Below are positions 1 through 10,079 of a DNA stretch of 64,000 nt, piece after piece. This DNA is from a virus. Lineage: Duplodnaviria > Heunggongvirae > Uroviricota > Caudoviricetes. Below the pieces are notes generated by a model. That model searched no databases and was not told the origin of the DNA. It was given only the letters and a program-made list of their open reading frames with translations. The DNA is taken from positions 34,667-98,666 of IMG/VR virus record IMGVR_UViG_3300045996_000470; one strand, 5' to 3'. Position 1 is the first letter of the stretch; the number at the start of each line of letters is the position of its first letter. The translations under genes were made by a program, and so were the position numbers.

Positions 1-157
1 TTAGAGACACGGTAGCGATAGTGACGCAGGACGAAGCAATGACACAATTAGTGTGTAGAGAAAGCACAGAAAAATCCGAATCAATGACCGAAGATTTAGC
101 TTACATATTAACTCAAATGGAGAAGACTTTTAGTGCCAAAAGCAGTAAAAAATCGTA

Positions 158-376
158 ATGACAACCCCTAGAAATAGAGCAGAATTTTTAGAGCTAAAAC
201 CCTATAAATGCTATATGTGCGAAGGACTTATAGGCATGTGTACAAGAACAAAACTATATATCGGAGCAGCCATCTTTGTTCGGTCAGTTACCATTGAATG
301 CGGATACTGTTGTCGTCATACCTTCTGGAAACCAGAGTCGGAAGTGATGAATAAAAATAATGGGGACACAGTTTAG
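158..376 (+). CDS. doubtful small Cys-rich ORF upstream of portal
   Basis: 72 aa, no recognisable ribosome-binding site, Cys-rich (CYMCEG, CGYCC); lies in the non-coding leader before the morphogenesis block. Confidence 0.15.
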   Translation: MTTPRNRAEFLELKPYKCYMCEGLIGMCTRTKLYIGAAIFVRSVTIECGYCCRHTFWKPESEVMNKNNGDTV

Positions 377-573
377 CTTGACAAAGTTAGACAAAAACAT
401 ATACAATTAGTAACTAGGGTGCGAAAAGAGCAGATATAAAGATTCATCAAGGCACGGGCGAGTCAATATATGCACCCTTTAAACAAATTCGGCAGATTGA
501 GATATTAAGGCTCAATGTTCAAGTAGACGTGATGCAGCTACTCTATTAAAAAGGAGGAGTTGCATCTTTTTTT

Positions 574-2181
574 ATGAGTATACCAATTGCACCAACACAA
601 GAACAATATCCCTCAGGTACTTATATCGGAATTGAGAAAGACGAAAACGTAGTCGAAGCGACTCCGGTAGTTCTCAAAAACGAGTATCTAGTAGGAGGAC
701 TTAATACCGACGATGATACGTTACGCATCCTGATGCATAATTATGATGCATGGTCAGGAAAGTTAACCGATGTAAAGATTGCCGAAATGTTAAGAGATGC
801 CGAGATACACAAGTGTTTCACGGTTATCAAAAACGGTGTACTAGGAGACGGGGTTACCTTTACTCCTGCACTTACAGAGCCTACAGCTATAGCTAAGCCA
901 GTGGACGGTGAGGTAGAACCTCCCGAAAGAAAAACAGAAAGACTCGCCCGTGAAAGAGAAATCGAAAGATTTGAGTTAGCTAAGAAGTATGCAGATTTTA
1001 CGACCCGTGCCTTTGATAATTTAGAAGTTTCGTTTAGGGAGACTTTAGATGATATGCTATCTGCGTTGCCTTTTGGTAATCGAGTAGCAGAGAAGGTCTT
1101 CGTAACTAAACAGGACAGAGAGTTTGGCAAGCCATTGCTATACTTTGATAGACTTAATGTGAAACCAAGAAAGGCAACAATATTTGTTGTTGACAAGTAC
1201 TGGAATCACGTAGGATTTAAGGTCTATATCAAAGAAAAGGACAAAGATGGCAAAGAGATTCTCAAAGAAAAAGTCCTTAGGAAAGAAAAGTTTGCTACCC
1301 TTACGTGGGGAATGGTAAACCAAGACCCAAGGGGGGAATCTTTCTTACAGCCGGTTTACACTGCTTATCAATTAAAGCAGTCTCTATGGCCTGAGTATTT
1401 GAGATGGATGATTTATTCCGCTGTTCCTCCTATTGTAGGAACTGCCTCAGATTTGCCAGACAGCAGAAAAGTTTTAAGGGATGCCAATAACGAGTTAATT
1501 ACTGACGCTCAAGGTAATCCGGTGTATGAGTCAGACGTAGGGGCGCTATTAAATGCCCTTAAGCAAGTCAGAAACTCTTCCGCAATCGCAATTCCAGCAG
1601 GAGCGAAAGTGGAAACTCTTAACAGTAGTGTATCAGGTGACCCTTTCAAGGGATTCAGAGACGTACTGAACCAAGAGATGGAAATGGCGCTTATCAAGCA
1701 GACTCTTGCAACAAGCGACTCTAGAAACAACACTAGAGCAGCAAGTCAAACTCACATCAGTATCTTGGATGATTTGATTTGGAGAGTAAAAGGACTTGTA
1801 AGGGATATGATTACTGGGATGGTCAAGCATTTGATGCTGATTAATTTCCCAAATTTCGATGAGTCTCTAACTCCGATAGTATCTATGGGAGACACTGCAA
1901 GAAGAGAGTTTGCAGGAGACGTTGGAGCTATTTCTCAGTTGCATATTTCAGGATTCCTTGGGGAATCTCAGAAGGTCGGAGTTGATAATCTATTAGGATT
2001 ACCACCAAGAGACGTATACAGCGACAGAGAGTTCGAAAGACAGAAGGCTCTAGAGAAAGTTAAAATGGAAGCGATGCTGGCAGAAATAACTGCCCCACAG
2101 GTAGCACCAACGCCAGCACAAGAACCAGAGGAAGAACGTACTAGTCGCCCTCCTCGGAGAAGGGACAGTGGAGATAACTAA
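574..2181 (+). CDS. portal protein (candidate)
   Basis: 535 aa; first gene of the + strand structural block; strong AAAGGAGGAG ribosome-binding site; its stop overlaps the start of the prohead protease gene (TAATG); size and position typical of a portal. Confidence 0.55.
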   Translation: MSIPIAPTQEQYPSGTYIGIEKDENVVEATPVVLKNEYLVGGLNTDDDTLRILMHNYDAWSGKLTDVKIAEMLRDAEIHKCFTVIKNGVLGDGVTFTPALTEPTAIAKPVDGEVEPPERKTERLAREREIERFELAKKYADFTTRAFDNLEVSFRETLDDMLSALPFGNRVAEKVFVTKQDREFGKPLLYFDRLNVKPRKATIFVVDKYWNHVGFKVYIKEKDKDGKEILKEKVLRKEKFATLTWGMVNQDPRGESFLQPVYTAYQLKQSLWPEYLRWMIYSAVPPIVGTASDLPDSRKVLRDANNELITDAQGNPVYESDVGALLNALKQVRNSSAIAIPAGAKVETLNSSVSGDPFKGFRDVLNQEMEMALIKQTLATSDSRNNTRAASQTHISILDDLIWRVKGLVRDMITGMVKHLMLINFPNFDESLTPIVSMGDTARREFAGDVGAISQLHISGFLGESQKVGVDNLLGLPPRDVYSDREFERQKALEKVKMEAMLAEITAPQVAPTPAQEPEEERTSRPPRRRDSGDN

Positions 2182-3605
2182 TGAGAGTTTTAAACTATTT
2201 AAGGTCACCTTCTAGAATTTGGGCTATCGAGGAAGGAGCATGGGATGAAATGGTAAATATTGTGGAAGGTCAAAACCTTACACCAGAAACCATTGAAGCC
2301 AATGTAGCAAAATTAAATAACAAGGCAGCGAATGCCTACGATGTTGTTAATGGAGTTGCAGTTATCCCAGTTATAGGCCCAATCGTTAAGTACGGAGACC
2401 TATTTAGTCAGATTAGTGGAGCAACATCCGTAACTAGACTGACCAGAGATTTTACTACTGCCCTAAATGATGAAGATGTTAAGGCTATTATGTTTGAAAT
2501 AGATAGTCCGGGCGGTGAAGCTAATGGTATTAATGAGTTTGCAGAGCAAATCTATAATGCTAGAGGCAGTAAGCCAATTCAGGCGTACATTTCAGGACAA
2601 GGTTGTTCAGCAGCCTACTGGATTGCAAGTGCTTGTGACCCAGATGGGGTTTTCTTAGACGAAACAGCAATGACAGGAAGCATTGGAGTTGCAGCGGTAG
2701 TCAAAGATGATGAGGGCAAAGACGCTAACGAAGGTATTAAAACCTATAAGTTTGTTTCTGAAGGGTCTGAAAATAAAAGACCTGACCTAGAAACTGATGA
2801 AGGTAAAAAAGTTGTACTTGAAAGTCTAAATGCTATGGCGCAGGTATTCCGAAGCAAAGTAGCAAGAAACAGGTCAAACGACAACACTAGCCTTACTGTT
2901 AGGGATGTTATTGAAAAGTTCAATCGTGGAGGAGTTCTTATGGGACACCAAGCAGTTGAAGCAGGATTAGCAGATGGAATTAGTTCTCGAAGAGAAGTAC
3001 TTTCCAATCTAATTAGTAAGAGTGGTGACTCCGATGACACATCGCTCGAAGATATACAGGAGAACATTATGAGTAAAGTAGAAGATACTAAAGTGGTTGC
3101 AGCGGCTCCAGAGCTTAAGGACGATGTAAAGGTCGGAGAACTAACAGCCAAGATTGAAACTTTGTCAGCAGAAAAGGTCGAACTAGCGACTAGCTTTGAA
3201 GAGCTACAGAAGCAGTTTGAATCCCTTCAAGCACAAGTTAGGGCTGAAGCAGAGGCTAAGATGGGTCTTGAGAAAGAGAATCTTGCACTCAAAGCAGCAG
3301 CAGCAGCCGACGGCGAGTTCAGTGGTAAAATAATTCCTGCTCAAAGGGATAAATTTATCAAGAATTACGTTCAGCACGCTACCGATGACAGCAGAAACCC
3401 ACTTGAAGGTGGAAGCCGTCTTGAGGATTTCTTGGATATGTGGAGAGCTTCTGAAGACCACAATCTTGAGGAAGAGGAACTAACCCCTGACCACGTAGAC
3501 CTAAGCAATGACATAGGCGCAGACGACAACGGAATTGCAGAGCTTGTTCAGAATGCAAAGGCACACGCAGCCAAGGTTAATAAAACACAACACGCAAGTA
3601 ACTAA
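2181..3605 (+). CDS. prohead serine protease (S49/ClpP-like) fused to C-terminal coiled-coil scaffold-like domain
   Basis: Motifs GPIVKYGD, IDSPGGE and GQGCSAAYWIA (Ser nucleophile context of SppA/S49 ClpP-fold peptidases); the C-terminal ~200 aa are Glu/Lys/Ala-rich coiled coil (ELQKQFESLQAQVRAEAEAK). Confidence 0.7.
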   Translation: MRVLNYLRSPSRIWAIEEGAWDEMVNIVEGQNLTPETIEANVAKLNNKAANAYDVVNGVAVIPVIGPIVKYGDLFSQISGATSVTRLTRDFTTALNDEDVKAIMFEIDSPGGEANGINEFAEQIYNARGSKPIQAYISGQGCSAAYWIASACDPDGVFLDETAMTGSIGVAAVVKDDEGKDANEGIKTYKFVSEGSENKRPDLETDEGKKVVLESLNAMAQVFRSKVARNRSNDNTSLTVRDVIEKFNRGGVLMGHQAVEAGLADGISSRREVLSNLISKSGDSDDTSLEDIQENIMSKVEDTKVVAAAPELKDDVKVGELTAKIETLSAEKVELATSFEELQKQFESLQAQVRAEAEAKMGLEKENLALKAAAAADGEFSGKIIPAQRDKFIKNYVQHATDDSRNPLEGGSRLEDFLDMWRASEDHNLEEEELTPDHVDLSNDIGADDNGIAELVQNAKAHAAKVNKTQHASN

Positions 3606-3645
3606 AAGGATAGTGCGTAGAAATATATTTAGGAGATAAATTATT

Positions 3646-4263
3646 ATGGGAAATTCAATGGGTCAAACTAGAACATTGTTCACCGAAAGAATGGGACGCT
3701 CTATTCAGGTTAGTGCTGACGGCGCTCCAAAGTACAAAGCAGGTGGTATTACAGTTAACTGGAATGCTATCTATGCATGTCCTGCTGATACAGGTACTTA
3801 CTACGGTAAAACTGTAGCTAATGGACAGGTGGAATTTGAAGATGGAGTCGTTGTTAAGGTAGGAGAAAAGGCTATTAGATATGGTAGTATTATGGTTTAT
3901 GATTCTGCTCTTGACTTAGACCCAACACTTACAACTGGTGCAGGTGTTCCTCAGGGAGCATACAGACTAGCCCTAACGGGCGATGCTGCACTTCTAGCTA
4001 TAAGAGGAAATGGTTTCATTGTAAATGAAACTGTGCTTGAAGAAGATACTTATAGCAATCACATCGGCGTCATGGACGGCGGTAGAATGTGGAGAGCTAG
4101 AATTGTTAAGAGTGATGTCACACAAGCTGATACAACTTGGGTAGCAGGAGACCAAGCAGAAGCAGCCGTTGCCGCTTACACAAGCGCAACCGCGTCTGTT
4201 CCTCCAACTCTAGCACAGATTGAAGCAGGTTTGCCTCTTGTCGTTTGGGCACGAGACAACTAA
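3646..4263 (+). CDS. hypothetical head protein
   Basis: 205 aa between the protease/scaffold and the capsid candidate; good ribosome-binding site TAGGAGATAAATTATT-ATG. Confidence 0.3.
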   Translation: MGNSMGQTRTLFTERMGRSIQVSADGAPKYKAGGITVNWNAIYACPADTGTYYGKTVANGQVEFEDGVVVKVGEKAIRYGSIMVYDSALDLDPTLTTGAGVPQGAYRLALTGDAALLAIRGNGFIVNETVLEEDTYSNHIGVMDGGRMWRARIVKSDVTQADTTWVAGDQAEAAVAAYTSATASVPPTLAQIEAGLPLVVWARDN

Positions 4264-4282
4264 TTAGGAGAAATAAACTATT

Positions 4283-5428
4283 ATGGCAATTAACATGACT
4301 AAAACAGACTTTTTCTCCACTACACGTATCACTAGGCTTGTTCAGACTCTCGCCAGCGAGCTAGAGGTTAGCCAACCGCTAACCTTCTTGAACAGAACTC
4401 CTATCGTGCCTGTATTGGATGATATAGAGATTTTGGGAAGTTATTCTGGCCCAATCTTCGCAGCAGACCTAATCACAGAGGACGCAGAGGCAGTCGTTGT
4501 TGATGGTGGTAGGTTCGAAGTCACCGCTAGTGTAACATCAATCCCTAAAATCAAGATTGGTGCGAGAGTATCTGAATCTATGTTACGTAGACTCAGTCAG
4601 CTTAAGCAAGGCATTCAGCTACAGGGGGATTCCTCACTTATTACAGGTTGGGAACTTAACTTTGCTACTAACTTGGTAACAGGTGTACGTCACAGAATGA
4701 ACGCGCTTTGCGCAGCAATGATGCTTGACAATCACACCTATGACCGTCTTGGTGTAAAGCTATCCGGTAGCTTTGGCGCTCCAGCAGACCTTAAGGTCAC
4801 ACTGGCAGGCGCAGATAAGTGGATTCCTGCAAACGTAACAACTGCTACGCCACTTGCAGACCTTGAGGCTATTGTTCAACTAGCTAAGGTTAATTATGGT
4901 AAGACCTATGACCGTGTTACTATGTCTACTCTTGCATTCCAGAGAATCACAGAGACAGACGAGTTCAAGGAAAGGCTTCGCCTATACCTTAGAATCGAGC
5001 CATCTATGTTCGCATACGGGCTTTATTCACAGGATAACCTTCGTGCTATGTTCAGTCAGATGACAGGACTACAGCTTGAAATTGAAGACTCCCAGATGAG
5101 GGTTCGTGAGCAGAACGGAGGTTCCACTCAGTCTCGTTATCTTCCAGCACACCAAGTTCTTTTGAGCTTTACAGGTGATGATGGGCAGTCAAGCGCATAC
5201 GACTTTGCTAACGGTATCGTTACCGAGTCTATTGTTGCTCCGCTTATTGCAGGTGCTCCCGACTTCGGTGGGGAACAGGTTGGGCCGGTGGCTTTCTATA
5301 ACGGAAACCGTGAGCTTAATCCACCTGACTTGAGGGCATGGGCTGTTGCTAGAGGATTTCCTCGTAAGCACGACAAGTATGCTACCGCTGTTTTGACAGT
5401 TGCAGCTACTGAGGCTCTTACTTCATAA
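4283..5428 (+). CDS. major capsid protein (candidate)
   Basis: 381 aa, downstream of portal/protease/scaffold in canonical order; ribosome-binding site TTAGGAGAAATAAACTATT-ATG; the call rests on position and size only. Confidence 0.45.
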   Translation: MAINMTKTDFFSTTRITRLVQTLASELEVSQPLTFLNRTPIVPVLDDIEILGSYSGPIFAADLITEDAEAVVVDGGRFEVTASVTSIPKIKIGARVSESMLRRLSQLKQGIQLQGDSSLITGWELNFATNLVTGVRHRMNALCAAMMLDNHTYDRLGVKLSGSFGAPADLKVTLAGADKWIPANVTTATPLADLEAIVQLAKVNYGKTYDRVTMSTLAFQRITETDEFKERLRLYLRIEPSMFAYGLYSQDNLRAMFSQMTGLQLEIEDSQMRVREQNGGSTQSRYLPAHQVLLSFTGDDGQSSAYDFANGIVTESIVAPLIAGAPDFGGEQVGPVAFYNGNRELNPPDLRAWAVARGFPRKHDKYATAVLTVAATEALTS

Positions 5429-5477
5429 GAATGATGGGTGAGTTAATTCTCACCCTCATATTAATTAAGGAGATATT

Positions 5478-5861
5478 ATGGCAAGAAGAGATGAATTGAT
5501 GGATATTATTAAGTCCGGTGGTGGAGCAATGGTTCGTATTCACGGGCAGAAGAAAATCATCACAATGGACAATATTGAAGAGCTTCCATCTGAAGTTGAC
5601 CTAGCAGAGGGTAATCCTCAGCTAGAAGAAGCAGCCCTACAAAATATAGAATCTCAGATTGAGGTTTTAGAAGAAGCAAAAAGTCGTTTGACTGCTTCTA
5701 TTAAGGGTAAGAAGGATGCAGCTAAAGCTGTGGAATCTAAGGCTGATAAGGCTGAAGAAGCAGCACCAGCAGAGGAGCCAGCACCTGCGGAAGCAGAGGC
5801 AGCGCCGGCTGAGGAAGCAGCACCTGCGGAAGCAGAGGCAGATTCCAAAAAGAAGAAATAA
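5478..5861 (+). CDS. hypothetical protein with Ala/Glu/Pro-rich low-complexity C-terminus
   Basis: 127 aa; C-terminus AAPAEEPAPAEAEAAPAEEAAPAEAEA encoded by an imperfect direct repeat (gcacctgcggaagcagaggca twice, 5781-5840). Confidence 0.4.
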   Translation: MARRDELMDIIKSGGGAMVRIHGQKKIITMDNIEELPSEVDLAEGNPQLEEAALQNIESQIEVLEEAKSRLTASIKGKKDAAKAVESKADKAEEAAPAEEPAPAEAEAAPAEEAAPAEAEADSKKKK

Positions 5862-5868
5862 CTAAACG

Positions 5869-6291
5869 ATGCTAACTAAAACCCAAATCAATGCTGCCAG
5901 TGCTACACTAGATGAGACTGATATTGCAATGATTACTGCGACCATCAGGGGCAGCGACAAATACAAACAGAATCCTGCGTATTATACAGATTTTGTTATA
6001 AAGGTCGAGGACACTGACGGTACTATTCAGGCAAAGCAGATTAATGCTGCTATGACTGAAATAGCAAACTTGGGTATTGGGGTGGTTGAAATTGACCAGA
6101 GGAGAGTAGGAGGGTCAGACGGACTATTCTACTCTCAAATTGCTGAGAGGAACTCTCTCATTGATTATATTATTGGGGTTGTTTATCCTGAATATTATGA
6201 GTCAGTTCAACTTGATGCAAATGGTAATCCTATTTATGGGAACGGGGCTTATGGAGTAGCTCAAAGGGAGCCAGAGGATATATGGGGTTAA
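5869..6291 (+). CDS. hypothetical structural protein
   Basis: 140 aa in the head-tail connector region. Confidence 0.3.
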   Translation: MLTKTQINAASATLDETDIAMITATIRGSDKYKQNPAYYTDFVIKVEDTDGTIQAKQINAAMTEIANLGIGVVEIDQRRVGGSDGLFYSQIAERNSLIDYIIGVVYPEYYESVQLDANGNPIYGNGAYGVAQREPEDIWG

Positions 6292-6656
6292 ATGTAAGTA
6301 AGGCTTTTTTCAAAGCTAACTCTGTCCTAAACCAAAACTTAGGAAAGTTTGATAGCTTGAATATAATTGGCATTAACCAGTCAGGAACTCAGGTTTATTT
6401 GGTTCAGGGAATTACAAAAGGCTTTTATTATAAGGAAGCCAGTGGAGCAGAGGGCGACACTAGGGAAATATTAAATATAGTTCCTGAAAACTCCACGGTA
6501 GAGACTGCTCTCAAGAACGTTGCTCTATTCGAATTAGTAAATTTGGATGGAACATTTATTAGGTTCGAACCTATGAGCAAAAAGCTACCGGAGAGACCTA
6601 GTTTTCAGTGGACGTTTAGCATTAAACCTAATCGAGAAGCTAAGAAAGTTATTTAA
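6282..6656 (+). CDS. hypothetical structural protein
   Basis: 124 aa; overlaps the previous gene by 10 nt. Confidence 0.3.
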   Translation: MGLNVSKAFFKANSVLNQNLGKFDSLNIIGINQSGTQVYLVQGITKGFYYKEASGAEGDTREILNIVPENSTVETALKNVALFELVNLDGTFIRFEPMSKKLPERPSFQWTFSIKPNREAKKVI

Positions 6657-6668
6657 GGAGAAATTATT

Positions 6669-7568
6669 ATGCCAATATTTCAATCAAATGCAGGATTAGA
6701 GAAGCCATTTGGTAGCGAGGTTCAATTAGAGACTCTACCAGAGCTTTATCCGCCTCGTCACTATGCCGCAGGCAATGGAGCCATAATCCTAGAAGATGAT
6801 GCAGCATATGCGATTAGAGAAGCGACTTGGGCAGCTAAGACAAGAACCATTACAGTTGATTTCGGCGCCGATGGAGGCGTAGTAGGATTAAAAGAAACAA
6901 CCACCCCTCTAGCATATAACGCAACTCCTGCTACTATTCAGGCAGCTTTAGAAGCAATGGCGGGACTTGCTCCGGGCGACATTTTAGTTAGCGGTGCAGG
7001 GAGATATTTTGAGTATGCGTTCAGCGGAGCGTTTGCTAACAAAGGAATGAAGAGAATGTATTCTTCTCACGGCTCTATTAATCAGGTGCAGACCGAATCT
7101 AATACTGCGACAGGCGGTAGTAGAACTTATACCTTTAAGGGTGTAACTACTGGGCCTCTAAACTTTGATGCAACTAACGCTACAGTTCAGACAGCTATTC
7201 AAGGGCTTTCTACTGTAGGAGCAGGTAACATTACAGTTTCCGGTCCAGCAAACGCATTGGTATTTACCTTTGCACAGGACTTGAGTGGAGCACAGCCTCT
7301 ATTAACAGTTGACCCTGCGTTATTAACAGGCGGTACTGCGGTTTTGACCACAACAACTGCTGGTTCAGACGGAATTAGAGTTTACTTTGAAACCGTTGTT
7401 ATGGGAGTTTCTCAGAATGCTCAGAGAGCAATCAGACAGGACTACACTGACAGAGCGATTAACAGTGCAGCAGGTGGCAGCGGAACGGATGCGTGGGGCA
7501 AGAAAGCTCCAGCGGATATTGGAAATCCAGCAAGATATAATCCTGATGGTTCTCCAAACCAACAGTAA
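6669..7568 (+). CDS. structural protein carrying two copies of a ~75-aa module that is also found in the tail fibre protein
   Basis: 299 aa; ribosome-binding site TAAGGAGAAATTATT-ATG; internal repeats YNATPATIQAALEAMAGLAPGDILVSG and FDATNATVQTAIQGLSTVGAGNITVSG; homologous to HNATAATIRAALEALPSINPGDVTVGG in the 21742-27726 protein. Confidence 0.4.
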   Translation: MPIFQSNAGLEKPFGSEVQLETLPELYPPRHYAAGNGAIILEDDAAYAIREATWAAKTRTITVDFGADGGVVGLKETTTPLAYNATPATIQAALEAMAGLAPGDILVSGAGRYFEYAFSGAFANKGMKRMYSSHGSINQVQTESNTATGGSRTYTFKGVTTGPLNFDATNATVQTAIQGLSTVGAGNITVSGPANALVFTFAQDLSGAQPLLTVDPALLTGGTAVLTTTTAGSDGIRVYFETVVMGVSQNAQRAIRQDYTDRAINSAAGGSGTDAWGKKAPADIGNPARYNPDGSPNQQ

Positions 7569-7693
7569 TAATGAATTATGAATCTTATTAAAAGTATTCA
7601 GTTGTTTATTAAAGCAAGGGAAGAGGCGATTAGACAGATAGAAATCTCTAAGACCTTTTCCCTTTATTTACAAGAGAAGTTAATTGAGAAGTT

Positions 7694-8218
7694 ATGGCAA
7701 TCCAAGATGGAGACAAAACGTACTTAGGCTCTATAGCCGTTAAAGTTACAACTCCGGAGTTTGCTATTGAGGGTAAAAAGGCGCTTGCAGAATTTCGCAG
7801 GCAGATGAACGTAGCCCACAGAAAAGGAATTGAAGAGGGCAAAGCCATCTTAGAGAAAGTCGTTCGTGACGAAAGGATATTTGATACCGGAAAACTGCTC
7901 AGGTCGGTCTCAAGCATGTGGTTTGTAAAATCTACTGATATCTTTTCTGGAACTGTTCACTTTGCGAATCCCGGAAAAGAGTATGCTTACTTTGTTGAGC
8001 ACGGAAGAGGGCCGGGTAAACCCCCTCCCTTCAGTAAGATGAAGGCATGGGGAGAAAGAAAGGGCATTCCATACGACAAGGTGATGGCTATCAGGAGTAA
8101 GATAGCTAGAGTAGGAACTAAGCCTCATCCGTTCTTTGAGAAAGCTACGGAACAGGTAGTTAACAATTATAATAAGATTGTAGACCGTGCTGTTGATAAG
8201 TATAGGAGCAGAAACTAA
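7694..8218 (+). CDS. hypothetical structural protein (head-tail joining region)
   Basis: 174 aa. Confidence 0.3.
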   Translation: MAIQDGDKTYLGSIAVKVTTPEFAIEGKKALAEFRRQMNVAHRKGIEEGKAILEKVVRDERIFDTGKLLRSVSSMWFVKSTDIFSGTVHFANPGKEYAYFVEHGRGPGKPPPFSKMKAWGERKGIPYDKVMAIRSKIARVGTKPHPFFEKATEQVVNNYNKIVDRAVDKYRSRN

Positions 8219-8739
8219 TGCCTAAGCCAGTAATAGTTCCTAACCCTCAGACACAGCAAGATTGGAAGTTACTGAGGCAGGGAATAGCAAGATGTATTGA
8301 AGCCGTAGCACCTACAGCGAAGGTTTACGAAAGATGGCCGTTGAGGCTTGACATAGGAAAGACCGCTGAGATACTTATATCCACAGCCGACTCAAATAAG
8401 ATTCACTCGTGGATTGTAGGAATCAATAGGGCGTTACCCTATAATGATAGGAACAGCGATGGTCTGGTTCTATGGGACTTAACAGTTAGGATTTGGGGTT
8501 TCTTAGGATACGAGTATGGAACTGACGACGACAACCCATACAACGTTATGGAATCTGAAATTAAAAAGATAGTGCATGTCTTTATGGCTAATAGAGAACA
8601 CTTAAGTCTAGACAACACACAATCTTTAAAGGATGTCGGGATACCTCAGTTTGAAGATATAGAGACTCAGGGATTTGGAAACGAAGACCTCATAGTAGCT
8701 CAAGGAACAGTAGCTATTAAATTGATTGAGTTTCTTTAA
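8218..8739 (+). CDS. hypothetical structural protein
   Basis: 173 aa; start overlaps the previous stop (TAATG). Confidence 0.3.
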   Translation: MPKPVIVPNPQTQQDWKLLRQGIARCIEAVAPTAKVYERWPLRLDIGKTAEILISTADSNKIHSWIVGINRALPYNDRNSDGLVLWDLTVRIWGFLGYEYGTDDDNPYNVMESEIKKIVHVFMANREHLSLDNTQSLKDVGIPQFEDIETQGFGNEDLIVAQGTVAIKLIEFL

Positions 8740-8740
8740 A

Positions 8741-8770
8741 AAGATTTTTACCATTACGAAATGGTATAAT
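8741..8770 (+). promoter_or_regulatory. putative promoter with extended -10 (TGGTATAAT) upstream of the tail gene block
   Basis: TGGTATAAT at 8762-8770 preceded by a small hairpin TACCATT-acga-AATGGTA; weak -35. Confidence 0.3.
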
Positions 8771-8871
8771 ATGTAAAAGGCTATGCCAAAGTGGACAGAT
8801 TTGGGAGCTATCAAATGATTTAGAAAAGTAACGAGTGCTTGTAACTTGTTGCAAATAAAGGAGATAATGAA

Positions 8872-10068
8872 ATGCCAGAATTTTTAACAAGGAATCTAAA
8901 GATGGCAGTTAGTGCGACACCTGAGGCTACCTATAATGCTATTAAAGTAGCAGGTCCAGCACCGGGTCCACAAGATACTTATCTAGGACTGTTGACAACA
9001 GGTAGAGCATTCTACATTCCAGATAAGGAGAAGGTAGACGATACAGGTAAGGTCGGTACTGGACGAGAGTTCCCAACTGAACAGAGAAGCACATACATTA
9101 CTGTACCATCTTTGGAAATAACCGAAGAACTTAATATCGACATTGCAGCGCTATTTTTGAGGAGAGCAATGGGAGGCGCTGATGTAGTGTCCGGCCCCGT
9201 TGCAGCAACTCCCGCATCTACTATTCACGACCACACATTCGGTCTAGACCTTAGCACGACTGGAAGACAGCTTCCATCCTCTTCTATGATTTGGTCTATT
9301 ATGGGTTCCGGCGCAGACTACGTTTGGGCAGGAGTTGTAGTTGAATCTTTTGCTATTTCACAAACTAACTCCGATGTTCCTACGGTAACAATCGGACTAG
9401 TTGGTTCAGGACTGTTTAAGAGACTTTTATTCTTGACAGCTAACGGTTTGGCAGCATCTGGTGCTAACCCTTACACTGGCCCTTATTTGGGAGCAGGTCC
9501 AAGTTTCTATCCACCTGCTTTCCCTAATCCTACAGCACAGCGTTATATGATTGGTGCTGAATCTGAACTATTGTTTACCCCTGCAGGAGGTGCCCAGTAC
9601 TCAGTAACGGGAAGTGGACAGAGAATGAAGAGTTACTCTTCTACCTTGACCAACAATCACAGAACAGATGATAGGCGTCCGGGTGACCCAAGAATTGAAT
9701 CTGCTCAGCCTCGTGCAGGACACTATGTAAATAGAATGAATCACGGAGACAGAACAATCGGTGGAGATATGACAATTATGTTGGATGACACTCTTAATGA
9801 GTTCAACCACGCTTACAATGACAAAGTTCTAGAATCCTTTACCTATAAGGCAAAGGGAGCTTACCTAGCAGCAACTAACCCTGCGCTAGAATCTGATAAG
9901 CAGTCAGAATTTGAAATCGTCTATCCTAAGTGTTATTTGAGAGGAATTGCAGGAACAGATGATACTGGAGATGCAGTTATTACAATGTCTGTGTTCCCTG
10001 TTGACAACGGAACTACCGGTCCAATGATTGCTAGAGTTCGTAACAACAGCGTCACAGCAATCGTATAA
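8872..10068 (+). CDS. major tail protein (candidate)
   Basis: 398 aa, first gene after the head-tail joining genes and before the chaperone-like genes and tape measure; ribosome-binding site AAAGGAGATAATGAA-ATG; call is positional only. Confidence 0.4.
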   Translation: MPEFLTRNLKMAVSATPEATYNAIKVAGPAPGPQDTYLGLLTTGRAFYIPDKEKVDDTGKVGTGREFPTEQRSTYITVPSLEITEELNIDIAALFLRRAMGGADVVSGPVAATPASTIHDHTFGLDLSTTGRQLPSSSMIWSIMGSGADYVWAGVVVESFAISQTNSDVPTVTIGLVGSGLFKRLLFLTANGLAASGANPYTGPYLGAGPSFYPPAFPNPTAQRYMIGAESELLFTPAGGAQYSVTGSGQRMKSYSSTLTNNHRTDDRRPGDPRIESAQPRAGHYVNRMNHGDRTIGGDMTIMLDDTLNEFNHAYNDKVLESFTYKAKGAYLAATNPALESDKQSEFEIVYPKCYLRGIAGTDDTGDAVITMSVFPVDNGTTGPMIARVRNNSVTAIV

Positions 10069-10079
10069 GGAGAATTACT

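Noticed and set aside
1-573. Possible terminase gene or packaging site upstream of the portal
   Set aside because: No long ORF exists here. The frame ending at 157 is interrupted by a stop at 56-58, and the only ORF (158-376) has no ribosome-binding site. Terminase genes and the cos/pac site are presumably outside the window. I could not identify a packaging signal by eye.
5745-5845. Short direct repeats (gcacctgcggaagcagaggca x2) that could be mistaken for a CRISPR-like or satellite array
   Set aside because: Only two copies. They sit in-frame inside a CDS and encode a PAEAEA low-complexity tail. There is no spacer-repeat periodicity. No CRISPR array is present anywhere in the window.
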